Counted from the stretch's first letter, positions 45,198 to 61,090 are shown. The stretch is DNA of 64,000 nucleotides from the human T2T-CHM13v2.0 reference genome, Homo sapiens (GCF_009914755.1 NC_060928.1); one strand, 5' to 3'. Numbers and translations are program-made. Notes: a model not told the origin generated them from the letters alone.

Positions 45198-46858
45198 GTG
45201 CTTTTGAATGTCGATGTCTATATGCTTTGCTTAATCACATTTATTTTTACCCTAAAACATAAATTGAAGAACAATGCAAAACATACACACACCCAAAACA
45301 AAGATACATGCAACTATTTTGGTATTTAAGAGTAGGTAGGACATGCACTGAAACAAAAAAATCTCTGAGGAGGGTAAACTTAATATTCAGTCTGCATGAT
45401 TACAGCAGCTCTGGAGGGATATGGCTCATACAGTTTTCACACACATTGTAAAACACAACATTTTCAGACACTATTAATTTTGTAGCTAAAATCTGTGAGA
45501 AGAAAATCAGTGTTGACTCAACATGTCAATTAAACAATCTCTAATTGAACTTTAGTCCATTCTTACCCTTATTTTCATTGCTGATGAGAGAGAGAGAGAG
45601 AGGGAAGCTTATATTCCATTTGCTCATAAAATACCCAGTGCAAGAATATCATTGTCTGTACCTACGGGTCCTTTAAAATCACTGTCAACAGCAGAAGAGA
45701 AGTGTAACTTTCTTAGATATTTGGTTAGCCTGTGGGTTTCTGTAAAATTTAAACTGTTTCTCTAAAATAAGCAGAACCAATGAAAAGGAAAAGGAATTTG
45801 TTTTAAATGATCAAACTGGAAAAATGACCAGAAAACCCCTCTGGCCATTTTCTTCTTTTAGTTCTATGTTCTTCTAACCATCATTTATGGGCCACTTGAG
45901 ACACGAAGGAAAGGATGTTAAAGGCCCTGGAGATAATGTAGCTGCATTAGCAAAGTACCAGAACACATGTAAAAGGCTTGTAAAGCATTTGGCACTACAG
46001 CTCTGACATATAAACTGTGCTACAATTGTCTTCATTTCCTCTTGTCTCTGACTCATTCATGGTTTCTTATTCTGATGATAGAAATGCTGACCTGAAGGAA
46101 AATTATAAAATGTTCTAACATGGAAACTTATGCACTTCAAAATAATTGCAGTAGGTAAAATTTAAAAATGGGAAAATAAGCATACTGTATGTATCTTCAT
46201 TGAAGTTACTACACATAATGTTTTATTATGGCTTCTATAATAAATTACTTTACCCTTGATTATGACTTTTACACATTACTATGAATTCCTTTCTGCAATC
46301 CAGAGAATAACATGCAATAATGATTAAAAGATGTGTCAAGGAATACTTCACTTGGTAATTTTAAGAAGTGTTGAAAAATTGGCTAGTAGAAAATTTATCA
46401 CGATTGATATTGTCCTGTGTGAATGAAGTTTAAACAGATTATTATTAATGTAAACTGAATTTTGATATACTCAGTCTTCATCAACATTAAATAACTTTAT
46501 TAAGAAAAAGTCATGCAAAATTGTGAGGAATAATAAAAAAGGAAAAGGAAAAGAGAAAGAACAACAAATGAAATGAAAGAAACTAAGGGAATAATTAGAA
46601 AACAAAATTGAGGTATGAACTTTACTTTTGTAAAATGAAGATATGATAGAAAATCATACCAGCAGGGAGCATTATATCATGGATGATTAACTTTGCTACA
46701 CTCAACATTTCTCTATAATCTACGTACTTTCCCCCAATGTTACTTGAACAAGTATTAGAATATGAATACAGTTAATTCTGGAATATTGAGGTTAATTGCT
46801 ACAAATTTATATATATTTTAAAGTTTTCAGATAGGTATGTGAAAACTAAAAAATTATT

Positions 46859-47195
<337 letters not shown>

Positions 47196-48697
47196 TCACA
47201 ATTATTCTTGGCAAATTACTTTCTTAGGTTCATACAAATATTTCAAATTCCTCAAATTCCCGGATGCTCTAGCAATTACTTTTTTGTAAACCACAAAGTA
47301 CTATTGAAGAAAGACACACAAGACTAAAATGCTCATAGTGTTGCTGTTTCCTCGATATTATACTTACGTAAATATTCATATTGATATAAATCTATATAAT
47401 ATATTTGATATTTATATTTAGATATGTATAGAGATCTCCCAAAGAAATCACAAAAAAGGAATAAAACAAACAAACATAAACATTATTTTCAAATGTTTGA
47501 TATTGCAAACAAGCCTCACTCTTAACAGTCATTTTAAAAAGCAATCCAGTTAAAAGGCGGTAGAGTTCACAAATGTGAATGGCTATTTGTAGTATGGGAT
47601 AAAATTATATTACGACATACAGAGATTTCAAAAGTGTCATATTCCAAACGTGTTAGAATGAAAAGAAGATAAGGCACATTAAAGAAAAATGTTGTGTTTT
47701 ATGTTCCACAAAGAGGCTCTAGATATGACCATGGCCTATGGCAAAGAAAGAAATCAAAATTTGAATAGGTTAATTCATACAATGTAAAAACAGAAAAAAA
47801 TTTTATTTTCTAATTTAATGTATTATTTTATATAAGGTAAAATTTAAACATGAGTAAAATAACAATCCATCTAAAGATTTTTCCTTAGGTCTTCTTTTTG
47901 GCAAAATGAATAAATATTATAACTTGATCTTGGAATAAAACAGTTATTGTTAAAATGGTTTAGTGATTATGGCTAGCATATTATGAAGCAGAATGTGATG
48001 GGAAATTAATTGGAAGAAGAGTGTTGAAATGAAAAATTACTTTTAAATTCTGGAAAATAGGCAGACATTATGGAAAATGCAACTTTTTTGGTGAAGAAGA
48101 GTGAATTCCAGAAGTAAAGAATAGGAAAACTTGGACTTATTTGAGGGTAATGTAAAAATGAACTAAAGGAGGAAAGGTTAGCAAAACTGTGAGTCATTGT
48201 GATGTTTTTATCACTAAAATAGAATTCAAGGGCTTGACATTTTGCTTTATATTATTCCTCTTAGTAAGTGACGTGTATTAATTTTTGGTCGTTATTTTGA
48301 AGATATGATAAGTTATGGTCTTCTTCCCTGTGTTTACATAAATGCACTAGTTAGCTAATAAATTCTGAGAGTCTCTAAGCACAACATAAGAACTCTTGCT
48401 TTATTTCAGAAATTTTGCCTTCAAGTAATTAACGTCCACTGGAGAACAAGATGACTTGCCTCCCAATCAAAAAATTAATTCTCTCTATTGGTACTGCAAA
48501 CTGAGAAGCAAGGATGCCAGCATGGCCTTATATAAATAGACAAACCAAAAATATTCTTTAATACGTTAGCATAATTACTAATTATATTCTTGAATAGATT
48601 TTTAGAAATTAAACATGTAAGAAATTTTAAAAAATCAAACACTTGCAAAAACCCAACTTTAGTTAAAACAACTTTATCTCTTTTAAAAAATAGTTTA

Positions 48698-48996
48698 GGC
48701 CGGGCACGGTGGCTCACGCCTGTAATCCCAGCACTTTGGGAGGCCGAGGCGGGCGGATCACGAGGTCAGGAGATCGAGACCATCTTGGCTAACACGGTGA
48801 AACCCCGTCTCTACTAAAAATACAAAAAATTAGCCGGGCGCCGGGCGCAGTGGCGGGTGCCTATAGTCCCAGCTACTCGGGAGGCTGAGGCAGGAGAATG
48901 GCGTGAACCCGGGAGGCGGAGCTTGCGGTGAGCCTAGAGAGCGCCACTGCACTCCCGCCTGGGCTACAGAGCGAGACTCCCTCTCAAAAAAAAAAA
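48698..48996 (+). mobile_element. AluY (young, CpG-rich)
   Basis: TSD aaaaaatagttta; small gccgggc duplication. Confidence 0.96.
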
Positions 48997-49242
48997 TAGT
49001 TTAAATATATATATGTATATATGTGTATATATATATAAACTTCTGGTGCCCTCCTATTGCTTTTTCAATATTACTGTCTTATTTTTGAGCAACTGTTAAA
49101 GTCTTGAAAGGCAAAAACTGTATTAATTGCTGTAGCCCAACAATGAACGCAAATGAACTAAACTAATGTCTGGTAAGTGTTTGCTACGCTGAAACATATA
49201 CATGGTTGCAAACATCTTCCACACCTACTGTAAGTCTGATAC

Positions 49243-50399
49243 TGAAACAGAAAAGGTTCCCTTGTCCCCCTTGAAGGGCATGCAATGGGGGTGTGGCTCA
49301 CTTTCAGTGCCCCGCTGCTCAGACCTCCAGGGGAGGATATATAGACCAGCAGGCTATGGGGCTCCGACCCCACGGCAGTGTCTAGGGGTGAATGTTTACA
49401 GCTCCTGAAGTCCCGGTGGACGTGTGTTACAGGGTTCTCTCTTAGTTTACAGTGTTCTTTCTTAGTTTGTCGTCTGTAGTCTATAGGCGGCTTGTGTTAA
49501 CCAGCTCAATTAGACCCCCTTCCTTATCACAAGGACACAGGGCTTTCTGTATTCCAGGGTTTCTTGCCTTGGTGTTCCGGAAGAACTGGATCACACGTGG
49601 GCTTGGAGAATGAGTGTAAAGTTTTATTGAGTGGAATAGCTCTCAGCTGATGGGGGAGCCAGAAGGGAGATGTTCTTCCCCAGGAGGAGTTGGGCCACTC
49701 CGCGGCCCCGGCTATCCTGACTGCCCCTGCCAAACTCTGCCTTCTCCCGCCGGCGTGCGGGTGCCTGTGTGTGTGCTCTTCTGCCAGGGTGCTCTTCTAG
49801 ACACCTGGCCGCCTGTTTATCTGCCTGCTAGGTTCTCGGGTTTCTGTAGGCCCAGGATGGGAACATGGTGGGCCAGGGTTGTCTTGGGAAATGCAACATT
49901 TGAGCGGGAAATGCAATATTTGGGCGGGAAATGTCCGTCCTCACCTAGGTCCATGGGAGTGGCGCCCTAGCCAGGGACCATGCCCTCCTCTACCCAGCAC
50001 TTCCCTCCCTGACTTCCTTATTATTTAAAGAGAACACGCAGCCACGTGCGGTGGTTCACGCCTGTAATCCTAGCACTTTGGGACGCCGAGGCGGGTGGAT
50101 CACCTGAGGTCAGGAGTTTGAGACCAGCCTGACCAATATGGTGAAACTTTGTCTCTACTAAAAATACGAAAATTAGCCAGGCGTGGTTGCTTGCACCCCA
50201 ACTCCCAGCTACTAAGGAGGTTGAGACAGGAGAATTGCTTGAACCTGGGAGGCGGAGGTTGGAGGTTGCAGTGAGCTGAGATCGCGCCACTTTACTCCAG
50301 CCTGGGAGACAGAGTGAGACTCTTTCTCGAAAAATAATAAATAAATAAATAAATAAATAAATGGGACCACACTCTTCCCTTCCCAGCACTCCCGTATCA
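49243..50399 (-). mobile_element. LTR1-like ERV1 solo LTR with an AluSx-like element (50041-50360, +) inserted near its 5' end
   Basis: Perfect TSD atac (49239-49242 / 50400-50403); same family as the LTRs at 18411 and 24789. Confidence 0.88.
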
Positions 50400-51030
50400 A
50401 TACCATCATAGAGGTTTCCTTGGCCTTTCAAAGACTTCACCCTGCATGCACAAAGGGTTTAAGATTACACAGGAGAGATGTCTCTCTCCCTACTGCTGCT
50501 TTTTCTGGAGATTGGCTCTCACTAGCTAATAGCAGAGAGGCAGCAGTATTAGGCTTCTTGGGCGCTATCAGAAATTACCTTCCCAGAGTTTACCTGAAAG
50601 TCGCCATGTGATTTCCAGAGCCTCTCATCATCCATCCATAGGGCAAGCCTAAATTAACATGAAGTACACCTTAGATGGAAGTCTTTGATAAATTGGGTCC
50701 CTTTACTATGCGAGCTAGTAGATAAAACAATCCTGTTACTTCATTTACTATTAAAATATAATTTAAAATAATGGATATAGAATAAACTGCAGTAAGAAAA
50801 CAGTAATACAGTCTAAAAGGAGGATAACCTTCTAGTGTCAGGCAAAATGCTAATGCTTTATATGCACTATTTCATTCAACCCACTAAGCATCCTTTCACA
50901 TAACACAGGATAAGTAACTTGCTTACAAATTGCACAAGTAACTAATGGGAAAGAGCTGTCTAAGTCAAATGCCTATTTTAATAGAATATTCTAATTTTAA
51001 TTGCTATACTATATGCCCTCCCTCTGGATT

Positions 51031-51110
51031 ACTATTGTTTAAGGGTAAAACAGATAGCATCAGGGAGAATACTATTGTTTAAGGGTAAAAAAGATAGCAT
51101 CAGGGAGAAT
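51031..51110. repeat. Tandem duplication, 2 x 40 bp
   Basis: actattgtttaagggtaaaaMagatagcatcagggagaat twice, 1 mismatch. Confidence 0.95.
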
Positions 51111-52496
51111 TAGGAAGAAGCCTCTCACTGTATTTAGGAAAACTTCATTCAAATAAGGGTCTACTTCAAATCCTAAAATTTGTTTAAATTGAAAACACTT
51201 TTGAGAAAGCCAAAGTAAAAGCATCAAAAATTACTAAAGCATTTGGAAATACGCTTGTAAGAGCAGGTTTGTGAGGGCTATTTAGAATTTTGACAGCAAA
51301 ATGATGGTGTGGGATTGGCTAATATATTTATTTTGAATGATGGAAGAGTAGTATCAGAATTCTAGTCTTCACTTTATGTATTTAAAATACCCCCCTTCCA
51401 TTTATTTTTTTTCAAATGACTGAGCCTAATCTTGAGCATTTCAATGCATTTGACTTTATTTGTAATGATTCATTTAGACAGTATCAACAGGAAGAGAGGT
51501 TTTTGAAAACCTAAAACAAAAGAAATAGATTTAGTAAAAGGGTTTGTGCTTCTGTGTCAGTATGAGTTAAAAAGCTAGTCTCAATTAATATATTTAAATA
51601 GATATTTTGTTTAATGTCCCATTCCAACTTTTCTCATTTCCACACCTTCATCCTGCCTTCCATCCTCTAATCCACCAACAGATATTCCTCAACAAACTCT
51701 TAACCAAACTCTCAGCCACGTCCACTCCCACCACCAAACTCATTCACTCAGATATGCTGTGTTAATACTTCATTCTTTCTTCTTACCAAACTTATCCTAA
51801 AAAAATAAATCACATGGCAGAAAGTAGCCTAAATTTTTATCCTCAGGAGTTTTTTCCAATTTAATATAGGTCAACGTAATCATTTAAAAAATTAAACTTT
51901 ATAATTTTACTGCCCCAAACCTCCCCCTATAAATAGTAGAGACATTTGGGAGGAAAATGTCACTACTCCTCTTCTTTTACTCTGTCCTCAAAAATGTTCC
52001 TAATTCTTAAGAGTAAATTTTAACTTTTAGAGAATGTGTTTCCTTTTCTTTGAGTTGTATATTGAAGAGAATAATCATTGATATGAAAATAGCTCAAGTA
52101 ATTGTGACTCGTTATGGATTATACAAAGAATGAATACTTCTCTGAATATGGGGAAAGAAAGAAATTACTTAAATAATACTACATGATATTTTAAAAGTCC
52201 TTTGTATATGCAAACAAGTGCCACACATTTGGTAGGTTTTAGAAATTCCATTTTATAAAAATTCAAAATATAAAAAATCATTTTTAAATATTGGATTCTT
52301 TATTAGTTTTGGAAATTTTTCAGAAAAAATTATTAGGCTAGTTAAACTAGTCTGCTAGAAATCTTGAAACCTGACTAAATTGGGTATTTTAGAAAGTTTT
52401 ATTTTGCCTTTTATATTTGATCTGCATATTTAGTTTTACATTTTAGCTGCTAACTTTAACTATCCAAAGATTTTTGAATGTTTAAGTTACACCTTA

Positions 52497-52891
52497 GTTA
52501 TGGACTGCTGAATTGTGTCCCCTAAAATATATATGCATTGAACTTCTGACCTCTCATACCTCAGAATTTGACTATATTTGGAGACATGACCTTTACAGAG
52601 GTAATTAAGTTACAATGAGGCCATTAGGGAGGGCAGTAATCCAGTATGGCTGGGATCATTATAAGAAGAGGAGATTAGGACATAGACAACACAGACAGAG
52701 GGAAGACCTTGTGAAGACAGAAGAAGGTAGCCATTGGCAAGCCAAAGAGAGAGAGGCCTTAGAAGAAGCCAAACATGCCTATACTTTGATCTGGGACATC
52801 CTGCATCCAGAATTATGAGAAAATAAATTTCTGTTATTTAAGCCACTCATTCTGTTGTATTTTGTTATTGCGGCCTAGCAAACTCAATAAC
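52497..52891 (+). mobile_element. MLT1B/C LTR
   Basis: gaattgtgtcccctaaaa...gagaaaataaatttctgtt...agcaaact. Confidence 0.85.
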
Positions 52892-54522
52892 AACCTTTCA
52901 GTCTAAGAGTAATTTAAAATGTACACTCTGACTTATTATGGTCTTTATTTAAAAGTATAAATCATTAAGTCTTTAATTCCTAGAAATGTAGCTAATTTCA
53001 GACTGGTTAATATGACCAGTTTCAGATGGAAAGATCCTATAAGGACCAAATGCAAACAATCTAAAATATAAGGAGTAAAAGATGAATTTAGTTATAACTT
53101 TGATAAAAGATACAAATTATAAGTGTTTGTGAACATTGCATGTTATCATCCATAGTTTTACTAAAAAGCCACTAAGCACATGCTTGGTAACATTTACTGT
53201 GGTTGCAGTTCATAGTAGTCTGTACATCTCCTTTATCATGTGGAAGGATGTGTCACCTGCCCTTATCTCCCAGATCTGTTAATTCCAGACAGAGAATAGC
53301 TTTTAGAGAAGACATGGACAGGGGAAGATTGCCTGGGAAAAGGCAGCCACCAGGGAAGCTGTGAACCATCTGTTTACATTTACAGGGGTTGTCTTGTCTG
53401 ATCCTATAAAGCCTGTTGAATGAATACAAGTTCCCTTTGTTGCCTTATATTCCTATTTTTTTCTAATGCCTTATATAAGTATCAGAACTTAATAAATGAT
53501 TTAATATGTGTGAAGGGAATTCATACTACTCTCGTTATTCTTTTTGGGAGAGTAAATCAGTAAGGATTAAGAGAGAGAATTATATAAGGAAATGTATTTG
53601 GCAAACCATATTAACAATATAGATGCTATACTCTTACTTTGTCTTCTGAAATCTGATGTGAAATATTTATTTATATTAAACAAATCAGAAAATAGCATCT
53701 TTTCACTAGATTTATGTGATATTCTACGTATTTCTTTTTAGAATTTTTTTGTAACATTCATTTCTAAAGGTTAGTGTGCCTGGTTTATGTTCAAATGGTT
53801 TATTATTATTACAAAATCTGAACTTATATCTGAGAAAAAATTAGAGTAATATTCCACTTTTCATTAAAAAGACAACATTGCTTTGCTAGCAGATTGTTTT
53901 TTTCTGGATGGCACAAATAAACTTCTAATACTGATTTTGGAATTACCTAATAGTGTGCATATAGGAACAAATACACGTGCTGTACAAACCTAAGCAAATT
54001 GTCTTTCTCTTCTTTACAAGAATTAAAATTTTGGTGTAAGGGTGTTTAGATTTAAAGGCAAAATTCAAAGAAATACAACTCACAATAGAAATATAAAATA
54101 CTCAGATCAATGTCTCTGTCTTTTTTGTTTCTTATTCTAGTTGTCTGCATATCATCTATTTTGCTTGATGTAATGACTGACTGAGAATATCAATGGGTGT
54201 GTTTTTTAGGATAGAATAAGTACCATAAAATATATCCCCAAAACATACACTGGCTCAAACATAATGGAAGGGTACAGTAACCTCTGCTACATAACATGAA
54301 AGATGTTTCTCTTTATTCTTCCACATGGATGAAATACTTTTGTTTTGCCATGGCCCAAAAAGAGAACATGAACTCATTCTCAGGTCCATATTGCCTGCAG
54401 TCATCTCATCTGGTAGATCAATTTAAAAACTAATATTTAATTTACCATATTAAAATTAAGTAAAAGTGATTAAGTCTGGTTAGTTGCCTCATCTCTGGGA
54501 GTGAGCAGCAGAAAACACATTC

Positions 54523-54725
54523 TTTTTTTTTTTTTTAATTATACTTTAAGTTTTAGGGTACATGCGCACAAGCTAAATGTCCAACAATGATAGACTGGAT
54601 TAAGAAAATGTGGCACATATACACCATAGAATACTATGCAACCATAAAAAATGATGAGTTCATGTCCTTCGTGGGGACATGGATGAAGCTGGAAACCATC
54701 ATTCTCAGCAAACTATTGCAAGGAC
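54523..54725 (-). mobile_element. Short L1PA insertion with 5' inversion (twin priming)
   Basis: Poly-T and L1 3' terminus on minus (54523-54571), then a plus-oriented L1 segment (54572-54725); TSD gaaaacacatt at 54511 and 54726. Confidence 0.9.
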
Positions 54726-55628
54726 GAAAACACATTGATATGTGGATAGGAGAATAAATCTTTAAAATAATTTAACCAGAAAAAAAACACAAGTAATAAA
54801 ATGATTTTCAGGACCTCAAAATGGCTTTATCTTCCAGAAATATATGCTGAATTCCTATTAGTTCAATTCTTTAAGTGATTCCTGAAGTTGATATAGACTG
54901 ACAATTGCCGTTTGTGGCATGTGATATGGGAAGCAGCATAAAATATTGGTACCAACACTACCTGGTGATGTTCTTGAACAACTTCAAATTCATAAACTTC
55001 ACTTTCACTTCCAAATATTACATTTTGATTCCCAAGTACTTACTCAAGGCTTATAATGAATAGATATTATTTAAACAAATATATTTTAGCTGTGTAATTT
55101 GAGACTAGCGTAATGTCTGACATATCATAGTTAATAGACTTTTGTTGACTGAACTAACAGATTTCCACTTGGGGCTAAGTAATAATACTGCTTTAAAATT
55201 TCAATTTGAGAAGTTTATATTAAAATTTCATTCTCTAATGTTTTACAAGCCATTTTACCAAGGTAAATACATTAAACTTCACAGCTGTATATATTTTTGC
55301 TGTGTACTATAAATATAATTCAAGAGTTTGCTAACAGCATTTATTACTTTTCTTCTTTCCTCTTTCCCTTTTAATAGTTTTCATTATGAGCTCTTGAGGT
55401 ATACATAGGGCAGGAGCATTCCAAATAGCCTCTTTACTTTCTCTTTCTTCCCCCATTTGGTGATGGCTTATTGATCTCATGTAAGTTAGAATTTTATTGA
55501 CTGGTATTCTTAAGAATGCATACATACATTTGTATATATGTATGTATATACACACACATATATATACACATACACATACATTTATACACACACATGCATA
55601 TATATGTGTGTATCTATATATGTGTGTG

Positions 55629-55991
55629 TGATATGGTTTGACTGTCCCCACCCACATCTCATTTTGAATTGTAATCCCCATGTGTTGGGAGTGGGACCTC
55701 GTGGGAAGTGATTAGATCATGGGGGCGGTTCCTTCATGCTGTTCTCATGATGACAGCCAGTGAGTTCTCACAAGAGCTAATGGTTTTATAAGGGGCTTTT
55801 CCTCGCTTTGCTCTCCACTTCTCTGTCCTGCCACCATGTGAAGAAGGACGTGTTTTCTTCCCCTTTTGCCATGATTGTAAGTTTCCTGAGGCCTCCCCAG
55901 CCATGATGAACTGTGAGTCAATTAAACTTCTTTCCTTTGTAAATTACCGAGTCTCAAGTGTGTTCTTACAGCAGTGTGAGAATGGACTAAT
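55629..55991 (+). mobile_element. THE1-like MaLR LTR, preceded by a (TA/CA)n tract
   Basis: tgatatggtttgactgtccccaccca...gcagtgtgagaatggactaat. Confidence 0.88.
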
Positions 55992-56029
55992 GCCAATGCA
56001 ATGGACCTTAAGGATACAAACGCATAAGA

Positions 56030-56073
<44 letters not shown>

Positions 56074-56143
56074 TTTTACTACTGGATAGTTAAATTGTAC
56101 ATAGAGTAAAGTTATGACAGTCAAAGAGCACTGTATTTGTTAT

Positions 56144-56605
56144 TGTGATGGTTAATTTTATGTGTCCACTTGTCAGGGCCACTGAGTTCAGATATGTGGT
56201 CAAATCTGGATATTTCTGTGATGGTGTTTTCAGATAAGATTAATATTTAAATTGATGGACTTGGAGTAAAGCAGATTGCTCTCCATAATGTGGGTGGGCC
56301 TCATCCAATCAATTGAAGGACTTAATAGAACAAAAGACTGGCCATCTCCTGGGCAAGAGGACATTCTACAGCATATAACCTCCAGAGATGAACTACAGAA
56401 CTGGCTTATTTTGTGTTTCCATCCTGCCAGCGAGTCCTTCAGATTTTGCACTTAGTGCTTGGTGATCTCTGTAGTCACATGAGCCAATTTCTTAAAATAA
56501 ATTTCTTTCTCTCTCTCTCTGTCTCTCTCTCTCTCCAAACACACACACACATGTGCGCGCACACACACACACACACACCCATGTGCTGTTGGCCCTGTTT
56601 CTCAG
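56144..56605 (+). mobile_element. MLT2 LTR
   Basis: tgtgatggttaattttatgtgtc...ggcctcatccaatcaattgaagg; (CT)n(CA)n near the end. Confidence 0.85.
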
Positions 56606-57735
56606 TTGTGGTTTGAAAACTAAAGAAAATGCATGTTCTGTTGGTTAAATGATATATACATTAGAATAAATTCATGTGAAATTGTGAAAAATAGAAATGC
56701 AATTACAGCTGGGACTCTTAATTGACTTCAGATCTCTCTCTCTCTCTCTCTCCTTCCTGTATCTTAACAGACTCAAGTCTTTAACAGAGAATAACACCAC
56801 TCCTATAAAGACAGGCTTTTCTGGCCTCCAATGCAGATAATTACATAAGCATGCGATAGACTGCTGGTGCCTTCTGCTACTTTATGATATGATGTCTAGG
56901 GTTAGAGTTTGTTTAACTAACTTGAACCACAAGCTAACTTAGAAATGAATAAAACAAGTACATTTATGTTGTAATAATAAGGTAGAAGGAGCCTGGGTTT
57001 CCAAGGACATTTTGCACAGAGCCACCGTACCAATCTTGGATTGCTTACTGTTGGACTTTTTACACATGATAAAATATACTTCAAATGTATCTAAACTACT
57101 GCTGTTTTGTATTTCTATTGCTCATAGTTTAACCAAATACTGATACAAAAGTATGATCAAAATAACTTAAAATGGTTATATAATAGCCTAGATATTGCAT
57201 TTTACACTATGAAATTCAGAGTTCATTAAGACACTGTAGAGGACATCTACTCTTTGTTCCTTTTCATTGCCTGTGCTTTTTCTTTGGTAACAGCATCCTG
57301 ACTTTGCTTTGTGAATGGTATAGAGTCTTGCTGTGATGCTCATTCAAGGTGTCCTAGCATGCAATGTCTTTAGCCCTCCCTGGTAACTTAAATCCTAAGT
57401 AAAGAGTGAAGAATAGAAAGTATTTACTTCTGATGCAAAGTGGGAACACCCTAAGGAATTCCCCATCATGTTCCTGGTATTCACAGCCCTGGCATTGCTA
57501 AGCTTGCAGAAATTTCTGAGCCTATTTCAATTTTATCTTTAATTCTATTGAGCTTCTAAGAGCTATCATATAACTTTTTTTCTGTTTTGATGATTTTATT
57601 CAGAGTTTGTTTGTTATTGTTCATAAGAGAAAAAGAAAAAAAATAAAGAAAAAAGGCAGGCAGGAAGGAAGGGAGTAAGGAAAGAAGGTAGGAAGGGCAA
57701 TATTAAAACAACAAATTTAAAACTCAATAAGATAC

Positions 57736-58631
<896 letters not shown>

Positions 58632-59613
58632 GATACCTTAAACATTAAGCACCAGGTTACACCAATTACTTTGTAATTTGCTTATACTTTTCCTTCTAAA
58701 TTTGGAGAAAAGAATGTTTTTTCTAATTTTCTCTATAACTTTCATAGTTTCCAGAATTAGTCTATGGCTCACAGATAATAGACTCTGTCTTTAGTATTGA
58801 AAACCCTTTTATATAACCTCTTAGTAAAACTCATCTATTAGGGTTACTTTGAAGGTCAAAAAGAAATATTTTAAAACATTTCCTAAGATATAAAATGTTT
58901 CAAATTAAAAGGTGATTATTGTTTTTCTAGAACAAGAGGACAGTATACTTCTAAAGTATTATTTTCTTATTCATTTATTAGAAGACATTCATCAAAAACT
59001 AATCTCTGGAAAGTATTTGGAGTTTTTTTAAAACTATCTGTATGTGCCATCTTAAAGTTATGGTAAGAACAAATTAGAATTTTGCCTGACATTTTGTCAC
59101 TTACAAGAATTTTGTTAACCAAAAAAATGTAGGAAACTATAAAATCCCTAAATCTTTCGATCATGACAAACAAGGTTTATATATTAAGCAGTGTCCTGTT
59201 CAAGAGGAATTGTACAGTTGTACAGAAATGTGCTTTTTGGTATTATTGGTTATTGCTCTAGATCAAGTGCAATACTTCTTACCCATCGCTCTGAGTGAAA
59301 GTTGTAACATACGTTTTTCTTGGCTTCACAAAGACTGCTTCTTGCTCTTATATGGAGAATCTTAATACCAGAAAATGAGATGGACACATTTTGTAGAAAA
59401 CAGAGTATTTAATGTGAGGTGAAAAAGACTCAAGCCCATACAAGTTAAAGGAATATATAACTAGGTTTATTCCTGTCAGTTATATGCCCTCCCTACCTTT
59501 GCCTTCCACATTTTGTAGAAGTGAGAAGGAAGTATTAAAGTCCTAGGTGTTCTTAAGTTGGAGTTTCATAGAATTTTGGCCCATGAACTTGGATGAAGAG
59601 ATTACTTAAAATA

Positions 59614-59900
59614 AGCTGGGCACAGTGGCTCACACCTGTAATCCCAGCAATTTGGGAGGCCAAGGCAAGCAGATCACCTGAGGTCAGGAGTTTGAGACCA
59701 GCCTAGCCAATGTGGTGAAACCCAGCCAGGCATGGTGGTGCACACCTGTAGTCCTACCTACTCGGGAGGCTGACGCAGGAGAATGGCTTGAACCAGAGAG
59801 GTGGAGGTTTCAGTGAGCTGAGATCATGCCATTGTGCTCCAGCCTGGGCAACAAGAGCGAAACTCCATCTCAAAAAAATAAAAATAAATAAATAAAAAAA
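59614..59900 (+). mobile_element. Alu lacking the middle A-rich linker
   Basis: gaaaccc|agccagg junction. Confidence 0.9.
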
Positions 59901-59914
59901 ATAGAATTAGCATT

Positions 59915-60445
59915 AATTAAAGAAACTAAAGAAGACCAAATAAATGGAGGGCTATCCCATGTTCAAGACTGGAAGAATTAATATTTTTAAAATGTTCATA
60001 CTGCCCAAAGAGATTTACAGATTCAATGCAATTCCTAGCAAAATTCCAATGTCATTCATCACAGAAATAGAAAAAAAATCCTAAAATTTCTGTACAACTA
60101 AAAAGACCCAGAAAAGCTAAAGCAATCTAGAAAAAAAAGAACAAAGCTACAGGCACTACCTGACTTCAAAATATATTACAAAGCTATAGTAATCAAAACA
60201 ACATAGTATTGGCAAAAAACAGACACACACACAATTGTGTGTCAAGAACACACAATAGGGAAAAGTCAGCCTGTTCAATAAAGGATGTTGGAAAACTAAA
60301 TATTCACATGGAGAAAATGAAAACAGACCTTTATCTTACTCCTTATACAAGAATAAATTCAAACTGGATGAAACCATAAATGTAAGACTAGAGACTGTAG
60401 AATTACTAGAAGAAAACAGGAGAAAATCTCCAGGGCATTAGTTTG
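59915..60445 (+). mobile_element. L1M ORF2 fragment
   Basis: tacagattcaatgcaattcct...ctacctgacttcaaaatatattacaaagctatagtaatcaaaac. Confidence 0.88.
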
Positions 60446-60691
60446 GATGGACCATAAGCTCCCTGAAAGAAAATGTCATTCTGTTCACTCTTTTGGTTAC
60501 CAATTAGTTGAATAAGCATATTTGCATGGATGAATGAATGACTACTATAAATGCTGTAAATTCATAACATCGCTTTGCTATTCACTCCCTTCACAACAAT
60601 CCTGTTACACTTATATAGGCTTATTTCCAAAGTTGCTAGGTGAGCTGAATTCAGTCACTTGTTTATTACAGATTGCAATGACTAGAGTCAT

Positions 60692-61090
60692 TGTTTAGTT
60701 CTGTGGAGCTGCTGTAACAAATTGCCACAAACTACATGGCTTAAAACAATAGAAATTAAGTCTCACAGTTTTGGTGGCTTAGAAGTCCAAATGCAAGGTG
60801 TCAGCAGGGCCACCTTCCCTCTGATGGAAGGATCCTTGCTTGCCTCCTCCTAGCTTCTGGCTTGCAATGGGCTCCTTGGTGTTCCTTAGCTTGTGGCAGC
60901 ATGACCCCAATCTCTGTCTCTGTCATCACACAGCCTTCCTCTGTGCATCTCTCCATATTTACAAATTTCTCTCTCCTTATATGGACATCAGTATTGGATT
61001 TAGGGCTCACACTAATCCAGTATGACTTCATCTTTATTTGATTACATCTGCAAATACCCTATTTCCAAATAAGTTCACATTCACTGGAAA
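60692..61090 (-). mobile_element. MLT1C/D LTR
   Basis: gctgctgtaacaaattgccacaaact...gattacatctgcaaataccctatttccaaataag. Confidence 0.85.
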
